The notes under the pieces are model-generated. The model did no database searches, had not been told where the DNA came from, and saw only the letters and a list, made by a program, of their open reading frames with translations. From Chloropicon primus (lineage: Eukaryota): a DNA stretch of 64,000 nucleotides. Each line of letters begins with the position of its first letter. Position 1 is the stretch's first letter. Made by a program: the position numbers and the translations under genes. The stretch lies in the NCBI GenBank assembly GCA_023205875.1, contig CP060770.1, forward strand, positions 124,001 through 188,000, given 5' to 3'. This document shows, in pieces, positions 21,090-32,138 of the stretch.

Positions 21090-23253
21090 ATGGCGACGAC
21101 GGTGGCTGCTTCGGTGGAGACGCTGAGGGAAATGGACAAGACTCCAGAGTCTTTGCTTCCTTACATCATTGATGTGGTAGTTGGGGTGTACGAAGGGGAA
21201 AGGAGCAAGGACGAGCTCCCGCACGGCAGCGGTCGCTGCACTTTCAAGAACGGTAGCACGTACGAGGGACTCTGGAGGGATGGGTACATGCACGGTCAGG
21301 GGACGTACGTCTGGGTGGATGGCGTGCAATTCAAAGGCGACTTTCACATGAACCAAATACAAGGTAGGGGCGAGCGAGTCACGGGCGGGCCTTCTGGTTT
21401 GTGACCTGTGAGCCACGCGTCGAGTGCATCCTTTGGGCTTCCTTTGACATTGACGATTGAGGCGTTTCCCTCTCTCTCTCTCTCTCTCTCCAGGTACCGG
21501 TACCTTCGCTTGGCCCAACGGCGACGTGTACGTGGGCGAGCTCCGAGGCGGGAAGAGAGACGGCCGGGGCAGAATGTATCTGAAAGCGGAAGGCACCTGC
21601 TACGATGGCGAGTGGCTTGAGGGCTTGAAGCACGGCTACGGCAAGCTGGATTACGGCATGGGCAAGAAGTATGTCGGTGACTGGAAGGAGGACCTGAAGG
21701 ACGGCAACGGAATGATGACCTACAAGAACGGCGACGTGTACAACGGTCAGTGGTCCAAGGGCATGAAGCAGGGCAAAGGGAGGATGGATTACAAGGAGAC
21801 CAACTCGTTCTATGCCGGAGAATGGTACGCTGACTTGCCTCACGGAAAGGGAGAACAGACGTGGAAGGACATTGGGACGAAGAACCCGTACCTCCAGACC
21901 TTCAACAGGTACAAGGGTGACTTCAAGGAGGGCATGAGGGACGGCCAAGGCACGTTCTTCTACGCCACCGGGGCTTCGTACAAGGGTGACTGGAGTAAAA
22001 ACGTCAAGCAAGGGGAAGGCACCTTCGTTTACGAGGACGGGACGGTGTACACCGGCGAGTTCACCCAGGACAGGTTACCAAGAAGGCAAAATGGCGACAA
22101 AGGTCCAGGGTTTTCTGTCAGGGTGGACATCTCCGACCTTATTGGAGAGAGTCCAGACTCCAAGAGCAACGCCGACCTTTCCAATTGCATCTTGAGGTTC
22201 AACAGCGAGCTCAGGGCGCTCTACAGGAAGTACTCCCAAGTTCCGGTCAAGTCCTCGAAGGCCGACGACGCGTGCTCGACCAGTCTGCTCTCCGAGCAGA
22301 TCGTAGAGCTCTGCAAGCACCACAAGCTTGTGAACTTGGATTACCAGCTCTGCCACGCCAGGGACGTCATCAGTGCCGTCTGCTCCAAGCTCCTTCACAC
22401 CGTAGACGTTCACTACTTTGAGGACGAGTCGGCATCGGTGCTGTACAAGGACTTGGTGGAGATTCTTGTGAGGATTGCCTTCTCCAAGTACCACGCCATC
22501 GAGAGCCTCGCGCAGCGCTTCGTGACTCTGGTGGAGCAGGACATTTTGCCCAAGATGGGCCAAGACCCCCAGTGGCATTACTTGAGCGAACCGTCGAGCA
22601 ACGAGGAGGTCTTCGAGGTCAAGAACAATCACAAGGATGCGCTGAAGGGTCTCTTCGATGACCTTGTGGGCTCGAACCAGACCTTTGAAGTGAATGCAAA
22701 GCAACTTGTCAAGCTGCTCAAGGCCAAAGGACTCTTGTTGGTGAAGCCAAAGCCTGTGGTGGAAGAAGCGGCGCCGGAGGACGAGACCGGCGGCGAAGAA
22801 GGTGCACAAGCTGAGGAGGAGAATGTTGAAGCAGCCAAGGAAGAGAACGGTGAAGCCAAGGAAGAGAATCAGGAGAAAGCTCCCGAAACTGTCGAGGAAG
22901 AGGCGCCAGAGCAGCCGGTTGAGGGGGAGGATTCAGATTCAGCCAAGGAAGGAGAGGAGGCCGAGGCCGAGGCCGAGGAGGGAAAGCCCTCAGAGGAGGA
23001 AGGGGAAGAGAAGTGCAAGCTCACCTTGCCCCTCGCGCTCAAGTGCTTCCACGTGGCCAACTTTGGCTCAAACCAAACCAGGGAGGACATCTTTGAGAGC
23101 GGAAGCGAGGAGGAGGTGGGGTTCTATCAAGCGGCCATCTCCATGAAGTATCCAGAATTCGTGGACTCTCTGATGCTCTGCGCTGACTTGGCGTTTGAAG
23201 ACATCACTTTCAGCGAGAAGTTCGACAAGCTTATGAGTGCCATCATCGCCTGA
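21090..23253 (+). CDS. MORN-repeat protein, RSPH10B (radial spoke head 10 homologue B)-like, 2 exons
   Basis: About 10 MORN repeats (YEGxWxDGxxHGxG), intron 21364-21493, helical and acidic C-terminal half. Confidence 0.85.
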
Positions 23254-23345
23254 TTCGACATACAAACTAGTGTATAAACAACAAAAAAGAGCATATTTCT
23301 CCACCAAACCAAACCCACCGACGCCTCGCCTCTGTGTCTTTCGGT

Positions 23346-24293
23346 TCACTTTGTCATGCCCTCCACAGTCAGCAGAAGGAGCGGGAGGACAATGGACTTG
23401 AGTTTCGAACGCATCTCTTGCATGTTTCTCTTCATCGACAGCAACTCTGCCTTCTTTGTGGGAAAGCCAATGCTGAGCTCCACGGTGTCCACTTCACTGT
23501 CCTCCCCAAAGTACGGGATCTCGATTCTCAACCCCCTCACCGTTTTCGATCGGTCCGCCGCATCGTAGCTGAGAGAGAAGGAGATGGTAATGGACAGTTC
23601 AAAGAGTGGGTACTTCACCTCGACACCTTTTTTGTACCTCTTCACCAAGCTGAAATCCCCTTCGAACCTTGTAATCGCAGTCTCCTTCACTCCAAGGGCA
23701 TCCAAGGCCTCTGTCGTGGATGCTTGGCTCAAAGACGCTCGGACGCGCTGGAGAAACTCCTCCTTGCAATCATCCTCAGGCAAACCACTTGCGTGAGAGG
23801 AAGGCGGCATCGTAATAACGCTGTTGTGACCGTGACCGCCTTCCTGGGCATCGAAAGGCGGGAAAGGGCTGATCCCAAAATGAACTGGAGGCCGGTGGAC
23901 ACCCTTGGCCCTCAACTCCGCCTCCACATCGTTCCCGAGCAGCGCAGCCTTGAAGAGCCTCACCAACTCACTCTCCTCGAACGCGTAACCCTCGCAGTAA
24001 CCCTCAAAGTCAAAGTCATCCGCATCCTCCTCGTCCAGCAAACGCTTGAGCCGCTTCTCTCTCGACTCGCAAAGGAGCTCGTAGGCGGCCGAGATTCTCT
24101 TGAACTTGTCGTCCTCGGCACCCGCTTCACCATCCTTGTCCCCCTTGCGCTTGTCCGGATGGTACCTCAGTGCCAGCTTGTGAAACGCACGCTTGATTCT
24201 CGACTTGACTTCCTCCTCGGAGAGGTCAGACAAGGAGCCCTCCTCCACCTCAAGCTCCACCAGAGCCTTCCTCATCAGCAGCACCTCGCTCAT
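23346..24293 (-). CDS. DnaJ-domain protein
   Basis: IKRAFHKLALRYHPDK...FKRISAAYELL J-domain with HPD. Confidence 0.9.
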   Translation of the reverse strand: MSEVLLMRKALVELEVEEGSLSDLSEEEVKSRIKRAFHKLALRYHPDKRKGDKDGEAGAEDDKFKRISAAYELLCESREKRLKRLLDEEDADDFDFEGYCEGYAFEESELVRLFKAALLGNDVEAELRAKGVHRPPVHFGISPFPPFDAQEGGHGHNSVITMPPSSHASGLPEDDCKEEFLQRVRASLSQASTTEALDALGVKETAITRFEGDFSLVKRYKKGVEVKYPLFELSITISFSLSYDAADRSKTVRGLRIEIPYFGEDSEVDTVELSIGFPTKKAELLSMKRNMQEMRSKLKSIVLPLLLLTVEGMTK

Positions 24294-24609
24294 CTCACAC
24301 AAACAAACAAACAAACAAACACACAAACACACAGCCGAATGAGCAACCGCAACCACCCGATCCCTCCGCCGCTTCCTCTCAACCCTTCACACCAGAGGTC
24401 CTCCCCCTCGCCATCCACCGTCCTCCACTCAACACAACCTAGCTCCTCCTGTCAGCCGTTACCTTCTCCTTTCCTCCAGTAACGCCTCGCCTCGCCTCGC
24501 CTCGGGTCGCCTCGTGCGTCGAGTCCAGGAGCCACGCGAACGGAAGACACGACGACGACGACGAGGACGAGGACGAGGACGGTGTCCCGTGCCGACTCTC
24601 TACTCCTCC

Positions 24610-25142
24610 GCTGCTGCTGCTGCTGCTACTGCTGGTGCTCTCTTGGCGACGAACGAGGGAGAGAGAGAGAGAAGCTCTTGCTGTTGGATAGAATCCTCCA
24701 GCCTCATTCGTAGCAGGTTGACGACGGTAGGAGGGGAAGACGGAAGGACGGGTGTCTGACTCCGGTACTGCTGCTGCTGCTGGTGGTGCTCTCTTGGCGA
24801 CGAACGAGGGAGAGAGAGAGAAGCTCTTGCTGTTGGATAGAATCCTCCAGCCTCATTCGTAGCAGGTTGACGACGGTAGGAGGGGAAGACGGAAGGACGG
24901 GTGTCTGACTCCGGTACTGCTGCTGCTGCTGGTGGTGGTGCTCTCTTGGCGACGAACGAGGGAGAGAGAGAGAAGCTCTTGCTGTTGGATAGAATCCTCC
25001 AGCCTCATTCGTAGCAGGTTGACGACGGTAGGAGGGGAAGACGGAAGGACGGGTGTCTGACTCCGGTACTGCTGCTGCTGCTGGTGGTGCTCTCTTGGCG
25101 ACGAACGAGGGAGAGGGAGAGGGAGAAGCTCTTGCTGTTGGA
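24610..25142. repeat. Tandem repeat, ~150-bp unit, ~3.4 copies
   Basis: gtgctctcttggcgacgaacgaggg recurs at 24635, 24786, 24938, 25087; units differ mainly in (CTG)n/(GA)n lengths. Confidence 0.95.
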
Positions 25143-25347
25143 TTGGATTCAACTTCTTCACTGGGAGGGAAGGATGTTGTTGTTGTTGTTGTTGTTGTGA
25201 AGCTGTTCTCGCTGGCAGGAGTTGTCCATCCATCGTCGTAGGCTGGAAGGTGGAAAGGTTTGAGGCAGTCGCCCTGTCGGTGAGGATTGGCTCTTCGTTG
25301 TCGTTGTCGTGTTCTTCTTCGTCACGGGGGGCAGCAGAGTGGTGAAG

Positions 25348-26946
25348 ATGAGTGGAGGCAAGTCTGCGGTGGTCGTCGGCGGAGGTGTTGGAGGGCTCTC
25401 GAGTGCGATAAGGCTGAAGAAGAGCGGGGCCTTCGAGAGGGTGACGATCATAGAGAAGAATGGTACATTGGGTGGGAGGGTGAAGAGCCTAACCCTCACT
25501 GCAAAGGAGAGATCGGGTGCCAGGTATCGGTTCGACACGGGGCCCTCGCTTGGATTGTTCCCACAAGAATACCGTCGTTCATTTGAGGAGGACCTCGAGG
25601 CGAAGCTTCCGGAGCTCCTCAAGGTCGAGCCTATCGCTTACAGAGTCTACTTTGGTGACGAGGGCCGCCTGGAGGGGTCGAGAACGAGCTACTTGGACTT
25701 GTTGACGGACGAGGAGGAGATGTCGGTGCAGTTGGAAGGGGTTGAGAGAGGCGCAGGCGATTCCTTCAAACGAATGCTCCGTTCTTCGAGAGCAACACTT
25801 GATGTTGGGGTGGGGGCGTTCATTGATCGCAACTTTTCGAACCTCGGAGACTTCTTGAACCTCCCGAGGCTTTTCTCTCTTCTGCCTCGACTCTTCCAGG
25901 GTGGCATCGCAAACCCATTCTCCCTGCTGATGCCTCTGGACACCTGGCTCAAGCAATACTTCAAAGACCCGAGAATCAGAAGCTTGTTCACTTTTCAGAC
26001 GCTCTATGTGGGGCTGAGCCCGTTCACGGCGCCCTCGGCGTTCTCTCTCCTGGCGGCGACAGAGCTCAGTGACGGTGTCTTCTTCCCCAAGGGAGGCTTT
26101 GGCGAGATCATAACGGCCTTGGAAGAGAAGGCTGCATCGGTTGGCGTCGCCATCGAGGTCGGCAAGGAAGTCTCTCGCATCTCGGTCAGCGAAGATGGCG
26201 GCTCCGTTGTTGGTGTGGAAACGGGCTGCGGATTGAAGGTGGCAGCCGACATCGTTCTCGTGAACGCCGATCTCCCGTTTGCAAAGTCGAAACTCCTGAA
26301 GAGAAAAGATGGCCGCAACAATCCATTTTCAATGTCCATGGGCGGCGTGGACAAGACAAGAGAGTATTCTGCAGGCATCGTCGAGTTTTGCTGGGGCATC
26401 CGAGACGATTTGGAGGCACTGCAGCAGCACAACGTCTTCCTTTCCTCTGATTTCGTGGGTTCGTGGTTTAGGCCCGGGTCGAGGAAAGACCTTCCAGCGG
26501 ACGGAAACTTTTACGTCCACGTGCCCTCCAAGACCGATCCTACGGCGGCAACCGAGGAAGGCACGCATAGCCTGATGATTCTCTTCCCCGTTGCCAACAA
26601 GGCCGAGCTCTCTTCACCGCACGCGTACGAGGACTTGGTGGATTGGAGCAGGAAGGTCGTGCTGAAGCGGTTCAGGGAAATTGGCCTAGACGTCGAGGAA
26701 AAAATTGAAGTGGAATCGGCGACTGACCCAGAGGATTGGCAAAAGATGTACAACCTCGTCAACGGATCGGCTTTTGGCTTGAGTCACGGCCTCGACCAGC
26801 TGGCGTACTTCAGGCCCTCGAACAAGGACGACGAGGTGGAGGGTCTCTTCTACGTTGGCGCTTCAACCCACCCGGGGAACGGGGTCCCCCTTGTTCTCAA
26901 GGGCTCGCGTCTCGTCTGCGAACGCATCTTGGAGTCACTTCGCTGA
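25348..26946 (+). CDS. crtI: CrtI-family (bacterial/fungal-type) phytoene desaturase-like FAD enzyme
   Basis: GGGVGGL FAD motif, RFDTGPS, FTFQTLYVGLSP, HNVFLS, FYVHVPSKTDPTAA, GSAFGLSHGLDQLAYFRPSN, GLFYVGASTHPGNGVPLVL. Confidence 0.85.
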   Translation: MSGGKSAVVVGGGVGGLSSAIRLKKSGAFERVTIIEKNGTLGGRVKSLTLTAKERSGARYRFDTGPSLGLFPQEYRRSFEEDLEAKLPELLKVEPIAYRVYFGDEGRLEGSRTSYLDLLTDEEEMSVQLEGVERGAGDSFKRMLRSSRATLDVGVGAFIDRNFSNLGDFLNLPRLFSLLPRLFQGGIANPFSLLMPLDTWLKQYFKDPRIRSLFTFQTLYVGLSPFTAPSAFSLLAATELSDGVFFPKGGFGEIITALEEKAASVGVAIEVGKEVSRISVSEDGGSVVGVETGCGLKVAADIVLVNADLPFAKSKLLKRKDGRNNPFSMSMGGVDKTREYSAGIVEFCWGIRDDLEALQQHNVFLSSDFVGSWFRPGSRKDLPADGNFYVHVPSKTDPTAATEEGTHSLMILFPVANKAELSSPHAYEDLVDWSRKVVLKRFREIGLDVEEKIEVESATDPEDWQKMYNLVNGSAFGLSHGLDQLAYFRPSNKDDEVEGLFYVGASTHPGNGVPLVLKGSRLVCERILESLR

Positions 26947-26986
26947 GCCGTTGTACTTATTTATGACAAGAAAGTTTGAAAGGTCT

Positions 26987-27547
26987 TCACGAGAAGTGCT
27001 TTGCGACCTCTTGGCAGACCTCGAAATTCTCCAAGCCTTCGCCGGACAGCCTCACGCACTGCCAAGCTTCCTTAATCTCTGCACCCAGTTTCTCGTAGAA
27101 GCCCTTCGCTTTCGTGTTCCAGTCCAGCACTTCCCAGCAGAGCCTCTTGCATCCCAAGCTGCGGGTGTACAAGACGCACCACTCCATCAATCCTCGACCG
27201 ACACCCATGCCTCTGAACTCCTCGGGAACAAAAAGGTCCTCGAGGTGAACGCAAAGGCCATCCCAAGTGCTGTACCTGGTGTGGCACAAGGCAAAGCCAG
27301 CATAAGCACACTCTCCCCCAGCCTCGTCGTGGCACATCGCCAAGGCGCAGCAGAAGTGTCCTGCCTCGAGGTCACTGGTCAGCTGCTCCTCGGTCGTTTT
27401 CACCGAAGCGGACTCATTCTCGTATGCCGCCAAAGCTCTGATAAATCCCATGAGGGCGTCCATGTCATCCCCTCGACTCGCTTTTGCCCACCGATAGGAG
27501 TAATGCCCGCTCTTCAAAACTTTTGTAGAGGGGTCCATCTCGTCCAT
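26987..27547 (-). CDS. GNAT acetyltransferase, diamine/spermidine N-acetyltransferase-like
   Basis: LAAYE, YSTWDG.VHLEDLFVPEEFRGMGVG, VLDWNTKAKGFYEKLGA. Confidence 0.92.
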   Translation of the reverse strand: MDEMDPSTKVLKSGHYSYRWAKASRGDDMDALMGFIRALAAYENESASVKTTEEQLTSDLEAGHFCCALAMCHDEAGGECAYAGFALCHTRYSTWDGLCVHLEDLFVPEEFRGMGVGRGLMEWCVLYTRSLGCKRLCWEVLDWNTKAKGFYEKLGAEIKEAWQCVRLSGEGLENFEVCQEVAKHFS

Positions 27548-28357
27548 CTTGCCTTTGTGTTCACTCCACTGCCTGCTGCTCAGAAAAAGTCAAAATCACT
27601 CGTTCAGTCCCTCCTCGTCCTCGTACGTTACCCGTAACGCTCGAGCGAGCGCTCTTTCGAAAGATCAAGAGACAATAACGCCATCTAACGAGCGTCACCT
27701 CCCTCCAGAACACCACCACGCCGTCCAATTCTCTCCAAAGCCACCTCATTCCGTCCAAGAGGCAGCCACGAATCACACGTTTCGCGTCTCAACATCCTCG
27801 TCCGTGAAGCGTAGCGCTCGATTGAGGGCTCTTTCGAAAGAGAACGAGACGAGGATTCCATCGACGCTACTTCTGGTTCCCTCACCACTCGCCCTCGTCG
27901 TCAATACTCACCTGAAAGTCAAAAAAAGTCCAAAATCCAATGAAACCGTTTCAATCCAATCAGTTTGTCCCCGAAGGCACTTTTTGTCATCCGAACGGGC
28001 GGTGGACGTTGGCTTGAGGGTTCAGCGCTGGTTTTGGTCCCGAGGTCGACGTTTTGAGGAGAGGAGAGGCAGCAGGGACGAAAGGACTCGGTCTCTTCTT
28101 TCTGTAGACCCCTCGCTCGTCCGTTTTGGTGCCGGGAGTGACCAGGGAGGACCACGAAGTGGTTTTCATTGAGGCTTCGTGGGTCGAATCCCGAGGAAAG
28201 AGGAGGGAGGTACGCCACGGCGTCGACGGTGAAAGGGACTGAGAGCGTTTCAGAACGAAGAGTCAAGTGAAGATCTTTCAATTGACCCCTCGGTGGAAGA
28301 TTTTAACGCCCATCGTGCCGATCGAGAAGGTTTTCGTCGTCGGCTTAGGGTAGAGAG

Positions 28358-29980
28358 ATGGCAGCAGCAGTGTTGAGTGGGATGGTGTTCCACGCTGGTG
28401 CGGGGAGGGCAGCGCCAGGGAAGGCGAAGGAGGCGAGGTTTGCGGCAGTTTGGAAGCCAAGGGCCGGGAATGTGTTCCGAAGGCACCGCTCGGGCTCTTC
28501 TGTGTTCTGCACCAAGGCCAAGGGCGTCGCCGGCTGCGGTCGCTCGCAGCTGGAACATCACAAGGCAAGCAAGGCGCTGGTTTGCGAGACCGCGAGGAGG
28601 GGTCGTCGAGTCGCCGTTCGGGCAGCCGAGTCCCCTTCCAAGGGAAAGCAGCAGCCCGCCGCGTTCTACCGCGTTAGAATTTTCACCTTCATAGGAATCC
28701 TCGTCGGGTACGCCTGCTACTACCTCACGAGGAACAGTTTGACGTACACCGCGCCAGTGATGGTGGCGAGCAAGGAGCTCGGCCTGGACGTCAGCAGCAT
28801 CGGGGCCATGACTTCGATATTCCCCATAGCCTACGGAATGAGCAAGTTCGTGAGCGGGGTTCTTGGCTCCATGATGTCGGCTTCGAGGCTTTTGGGTCTG
28901 GGATTGATTTGCACCGGGTTGATCAACGTCTGCTTTGGTTTCGGGTCGTCTCTCGCCTGGTTCTGCACGCTTTGGGCGATGAATGGCATCCTGCAAGGAG
29001 TCGGAGGTCCTTGCTGCGCTCGAATCTTGACCTCCTGGTTCGCGACGGAGGAGCGAGGCACGTATTGGGGGATGTGGAACATCGCGCACAACCTCGGAGG
29101 CTTCATGGCTCCGATCTTGGCAGGCAGCGCGGCGGCCACCCTCGGCTGGAAGTGGGGCATGTGGGCACCCGGGATGATCGGTATCGTTGTGGGTTGCGTG
29201 CTGGTTTTGGGGGTCAAGGACAAGCCGGAGACCGCTGGTTTTGATCCGGTGGAGGAGGAGGCGCCCCCCTCGGCCGAGGAGGAGGCCGGGGACGAAGTTC
29301 CGGAATCGAAGCAGAGCATCAAGCAGATTCTTTTCGACAACGTGCTGAGAAATCCTTTCATCTGGGGCATGGCTTTCACGTACTTCTTCGTTTACGTGAT
29401 AAGGCAGGGAGTCACCTCCTGGTTCGTCTTTTACCTCCTGCAGGAGAAGGGTGCCAGCGACGCGGGCATCGCGGCCGCCAGAGTGAGCGGCCTGGAGCTC
29501 GGGGGCCTGGTCGGCTCCCTCCTCGCAGGGAGGCTGAGCGACATGTACATCTCCAAATCCAAGGGAAAGGGAGGGGTTGTCGGGAAGAGGGTCCAAGTTG
29601 TGATCGCGTACACGATCGGGGTGGCCCTGATGCTTCTGGCCTTCCGATGCGTCCCCGCCGCCTGGCCTGCGGGCCAGTGGCTGTGCATCTTCATGATAGG
29701 CTTCTTCTTGTACGGCCCACAGATGCTCATCGGCCTTTGCGGCGCTGAGCTGGTCGGTCCGTCCTCGGTGGGCGCCTCCGAGGGCTTTCTTGGCTGGGTG
29801 GCCTACCTCGGAGCCGCCAACGCCGGCGTCCCGCTCAGCATCATCGTCAGGGATTACGGGTGGAACGCGTACTTCACCACCCTGCTTTGCGCTTGCGGCG
29901 GAGCCCTGCTGCTGCTTTCGCCCATGACCAACCTGAAGAGCTACACCCAGAGGGTGGAGTCCAAGAAGAAGCTCAACTGA
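28358..29980 (+). CDS. uhpC: Plastid-targeted UhpC/GlpT-family (MFS OPA) sugar-phosphate transporter
   Basis: GYACYYLTRNSL, AYGMSKFVSG, WFATEERGTYWGMWNIAHNLGG, YGPQMLIGL, AYLGAANAGVP; Arg/Ala-rich transit peptide. Confidence 0.9.
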   Translation: MAAAVLSGMVFHAGAGRAAPGKAKEARFAAVWKPRAGNVFRRHRSGSSVFCTKAKGVAGCGRSQLEHHKASKALVCETARRGRRVAVRAAESPSKGKQQPAAFYRVRIFTFIGILVGYACYYLTRNSLTYTAPVMVASKELGLDVSSIGAMTSIFPIAYGMSKFVSGVLGSMMSASRLLGLGLICTGLINVCFGFGSSLAWFCTLWAMNGILQGVGGPCCARILTSWFATEERGTYWGMWNIAHNLGGFMAPILAGSAAATLGWKWGMWAPGMIGIVVGCVLVLGVKDKPETAGFDPVEEEAPPSAEEEAGDEVPESKQSIKQILFDNVLRNPFIWGMAFTYFFVYVIRQGVTSWFVFYLLQEKGASDAGIAAARVSGLELGGLVGSLLAGRLSDMYISKSKGKGGVVGKRVQVVIAYTIGVALMLLAFRCVPAAWPAGQWLCIFMIGFFLYGPQMLIGLCGAELVGPSSVGASEGFLGWVAYLGAANAGVPLSIIVRDYGWNAYFTTLLCACGGALLLLSPMTNLKSYTQRVESKKKLN

Positions 29981-30105
29981 GCACAGCAGCGAATACCTGC
30001 ACACACACAAGCAAACCAAAATAAAGAACATCCATCCAATCATTCTGTTCGCCAAGTTGTGATGCACCGAGTTGAGTTGTACACCAGCACACACCAGCAC
30101 CATCA

Positions 30106-30139
<34 letters not shown>

Positions 30140-30348
30140 TCGGTCCTGGCACGCAGTCTGAATGCATGGAGCGGAGTCGTCGTCTCTTCCTCTTCCCTTG
30201 CTGTGCGAGTGCGTCGTTTCCTGAAAATGGTTGTTCAATTACAAAAGAAATTGTTTTGCTTTTTTTGGCTTTTATCAAAAGTCCTAGAAGCCGAGCCCTC
30301 CGTTCCATTTCTTTCCCTCTGCTCTCGTGGGCTTCCCTCCGTCTCTCT

Positions 30349-31790
30349 CTAGGCGCTGACGCTCTCAACAGTCTTGGAGGTCATCTTCTCGTACACTTCC
30401 CTGACCTTCAACCCAATGAGCGTCTGGAAAAGACCCGTGCCGTTGTTCGATCCTGGGAAAGCGGTGTTCTTGAGCATCTGCTGCGTGATCTCCCCGTAGA
30501 ACTTGGCGCTGGTGTTGCTCAGGTGGGACTCCACGTAGATGAGCTCCTCGAGCTTGTCGAACTGGCCGTCCATCTCCAAGACGGAGACGTTCTCGCCGTA
30601 GAAGGTGTCAGGCCCGTAGAAGAACTTGATACCTGGGAAGGAGCAGGTCAGCTTCCTTCCGCAAGGGATCCAGGACACGGTGGACCCCTCGTCGAACAAG
30701 TAGGTAGGGTCGAAGCACTCGACGTCCTCCTTCTGGATCATCTTGACTCTAAGGACCTTCTTCTCCTCGTCGTCAGGGATGAGCTGGGTCGGGAGGACCT
30801 GGACGATGACGTCGGCCTTGGCCTTCTGTGGGTCGATGTAGGCATCGAAGTCAGGCTTCCTGGACTCGATGGAGGCCTGGATGCTCTCCAGGGAGTGCCC
30901 CCTCTCGGCCATGTCCCTCTGGATCTTCCAGGCGAACTTGACCTCGTCGCTAATGTCGAGGTAGATGCTGAAGTCGATGAGCTCGTTCACCCTCTCGTCG
31001 AAGAAGGGGTGAAGGCCCTCGACGATCAAGATCTTCGGGGGGACGATGGTCTCCGGCGGGTCCAGGAGCCCGGTCACGTGGTTGTAGATCGGCTTCTCCA
31101 CGCTCTTTCCCTCCTTGATGGCCTTGATCTGCTCGTACATCAGGTCAAAGTCCTGAGCCTCGGGCGCCAACGCGGTCACCCCCTTATCCTTCCTTCCGTA
31201 CCTGTCCAGGCAGTGGTAGTCGTCCAAGCAGATCACCGTCGTGTTGTCGCTGATCAGGGTGTTGCTATCCGGGTTGCCTCCTAAACGCAGCAGAAGCAGC
31301 AGAAGCAGCAGAAGCAGCAGCAGAGAAGAAGAAGAGAGAGAGAGAGAATGGACAACACAACGCAATAGCTTGGTTGTCAGTTTCTGGTTTCATCCGAGGC
31401 GGTGGGCGGTGAGGAGCACAAGAACTTTCTTTTCGTTTCTCTTTTTGACTTACCCTTGGGTGGCTCTGGGTCACCCCCGAAGAGTTGAGTGACTCTCCTC
31501 ATGAAGGTGGACTTGCCGCACCCGGAGTCCGCAGCGAGGCCGATGACGATGGTCTTCTGCTCACCACTCGCGCTCGCATACGTCACAACAGCCGTGCTCC
31601 GACCCCTAGAAGAACAACTCGAGGACATCCTCTGATGCATCCTCTGGGAAACCATCCCCATCCTGTGTTGGACAACTCCTGCGCTACGGACAAAGCTCAT
31701 CCTCTTGCTAGCGGAAGTCAAGTGGCCAGTGGTCGCCATGGTGGTACCGGGCCTCATCCTCCTCGTCGTCTTCATCATCGTCGTCGTCAT
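30349..31790 (-). CDS. PRK: Phosphoribulokinase, chloroplast, 2 exons
   Basis: IGLAADSGCGKSTFMRR, GGNPDSNTLISD, WIPCGRKLTCSFPG; intron 31281-31453; exact start among several ATGs uncertain. Confidence 0.98.
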
Positions 31791-31958
31791 CGGTCGTCGT
31801 CGTCGTCGTTGCTTCTGATGGATCCCTTCCCTTTGAGATCTCCTCGGAGCCACTCGTTCGCTCGAGGATACGGTGAGCACCACACGTTTTTACCTTTCCG
31901 TGGGAGACATTAAAAAAACAAACAAAAAAGGAACGTCTCACGGTGAGAACTTATCTGG

Positions 31959-32138
31959 AATCCATCAAACAAAACATTTCTTCACATGACGTCACACTTC
32001 CTAAACCAAATTCTTTTACTGAAGTTACACTGTTCTCGAATATTGTATGAGAATCAAAGAGAGAGGGTAACGTTGATTGTCGATAATGTCTATCATAGAT
32101 TACGTGATTTGCTACGAGTGACATTAGTGTATCTGGGA
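31959..32138. repeat. Dispersed element family A, diverged copy 3, in PRK-RPE divergent spacer
   Basis: Colinear with the first ~180 bp of copies 1/2; core gattgtcgataatgtctatcataga...tttgctacgagtgacattagt conserved. Confidence 0.9.

Noticed and set aside
24610..25142. CRISPR-like array (also considered for 37467-37812 and 40856-41272)
   Set aside because: Whole units repeat with no unique spacers, no cas genes, eukaryotic context
28250..30238. 662-aa minus ORF overlapping the UhpC-type gene (likewise 51141-52514, 33807-35102)
   Set aside because: Antisense shadow ORFs expected with high GC3
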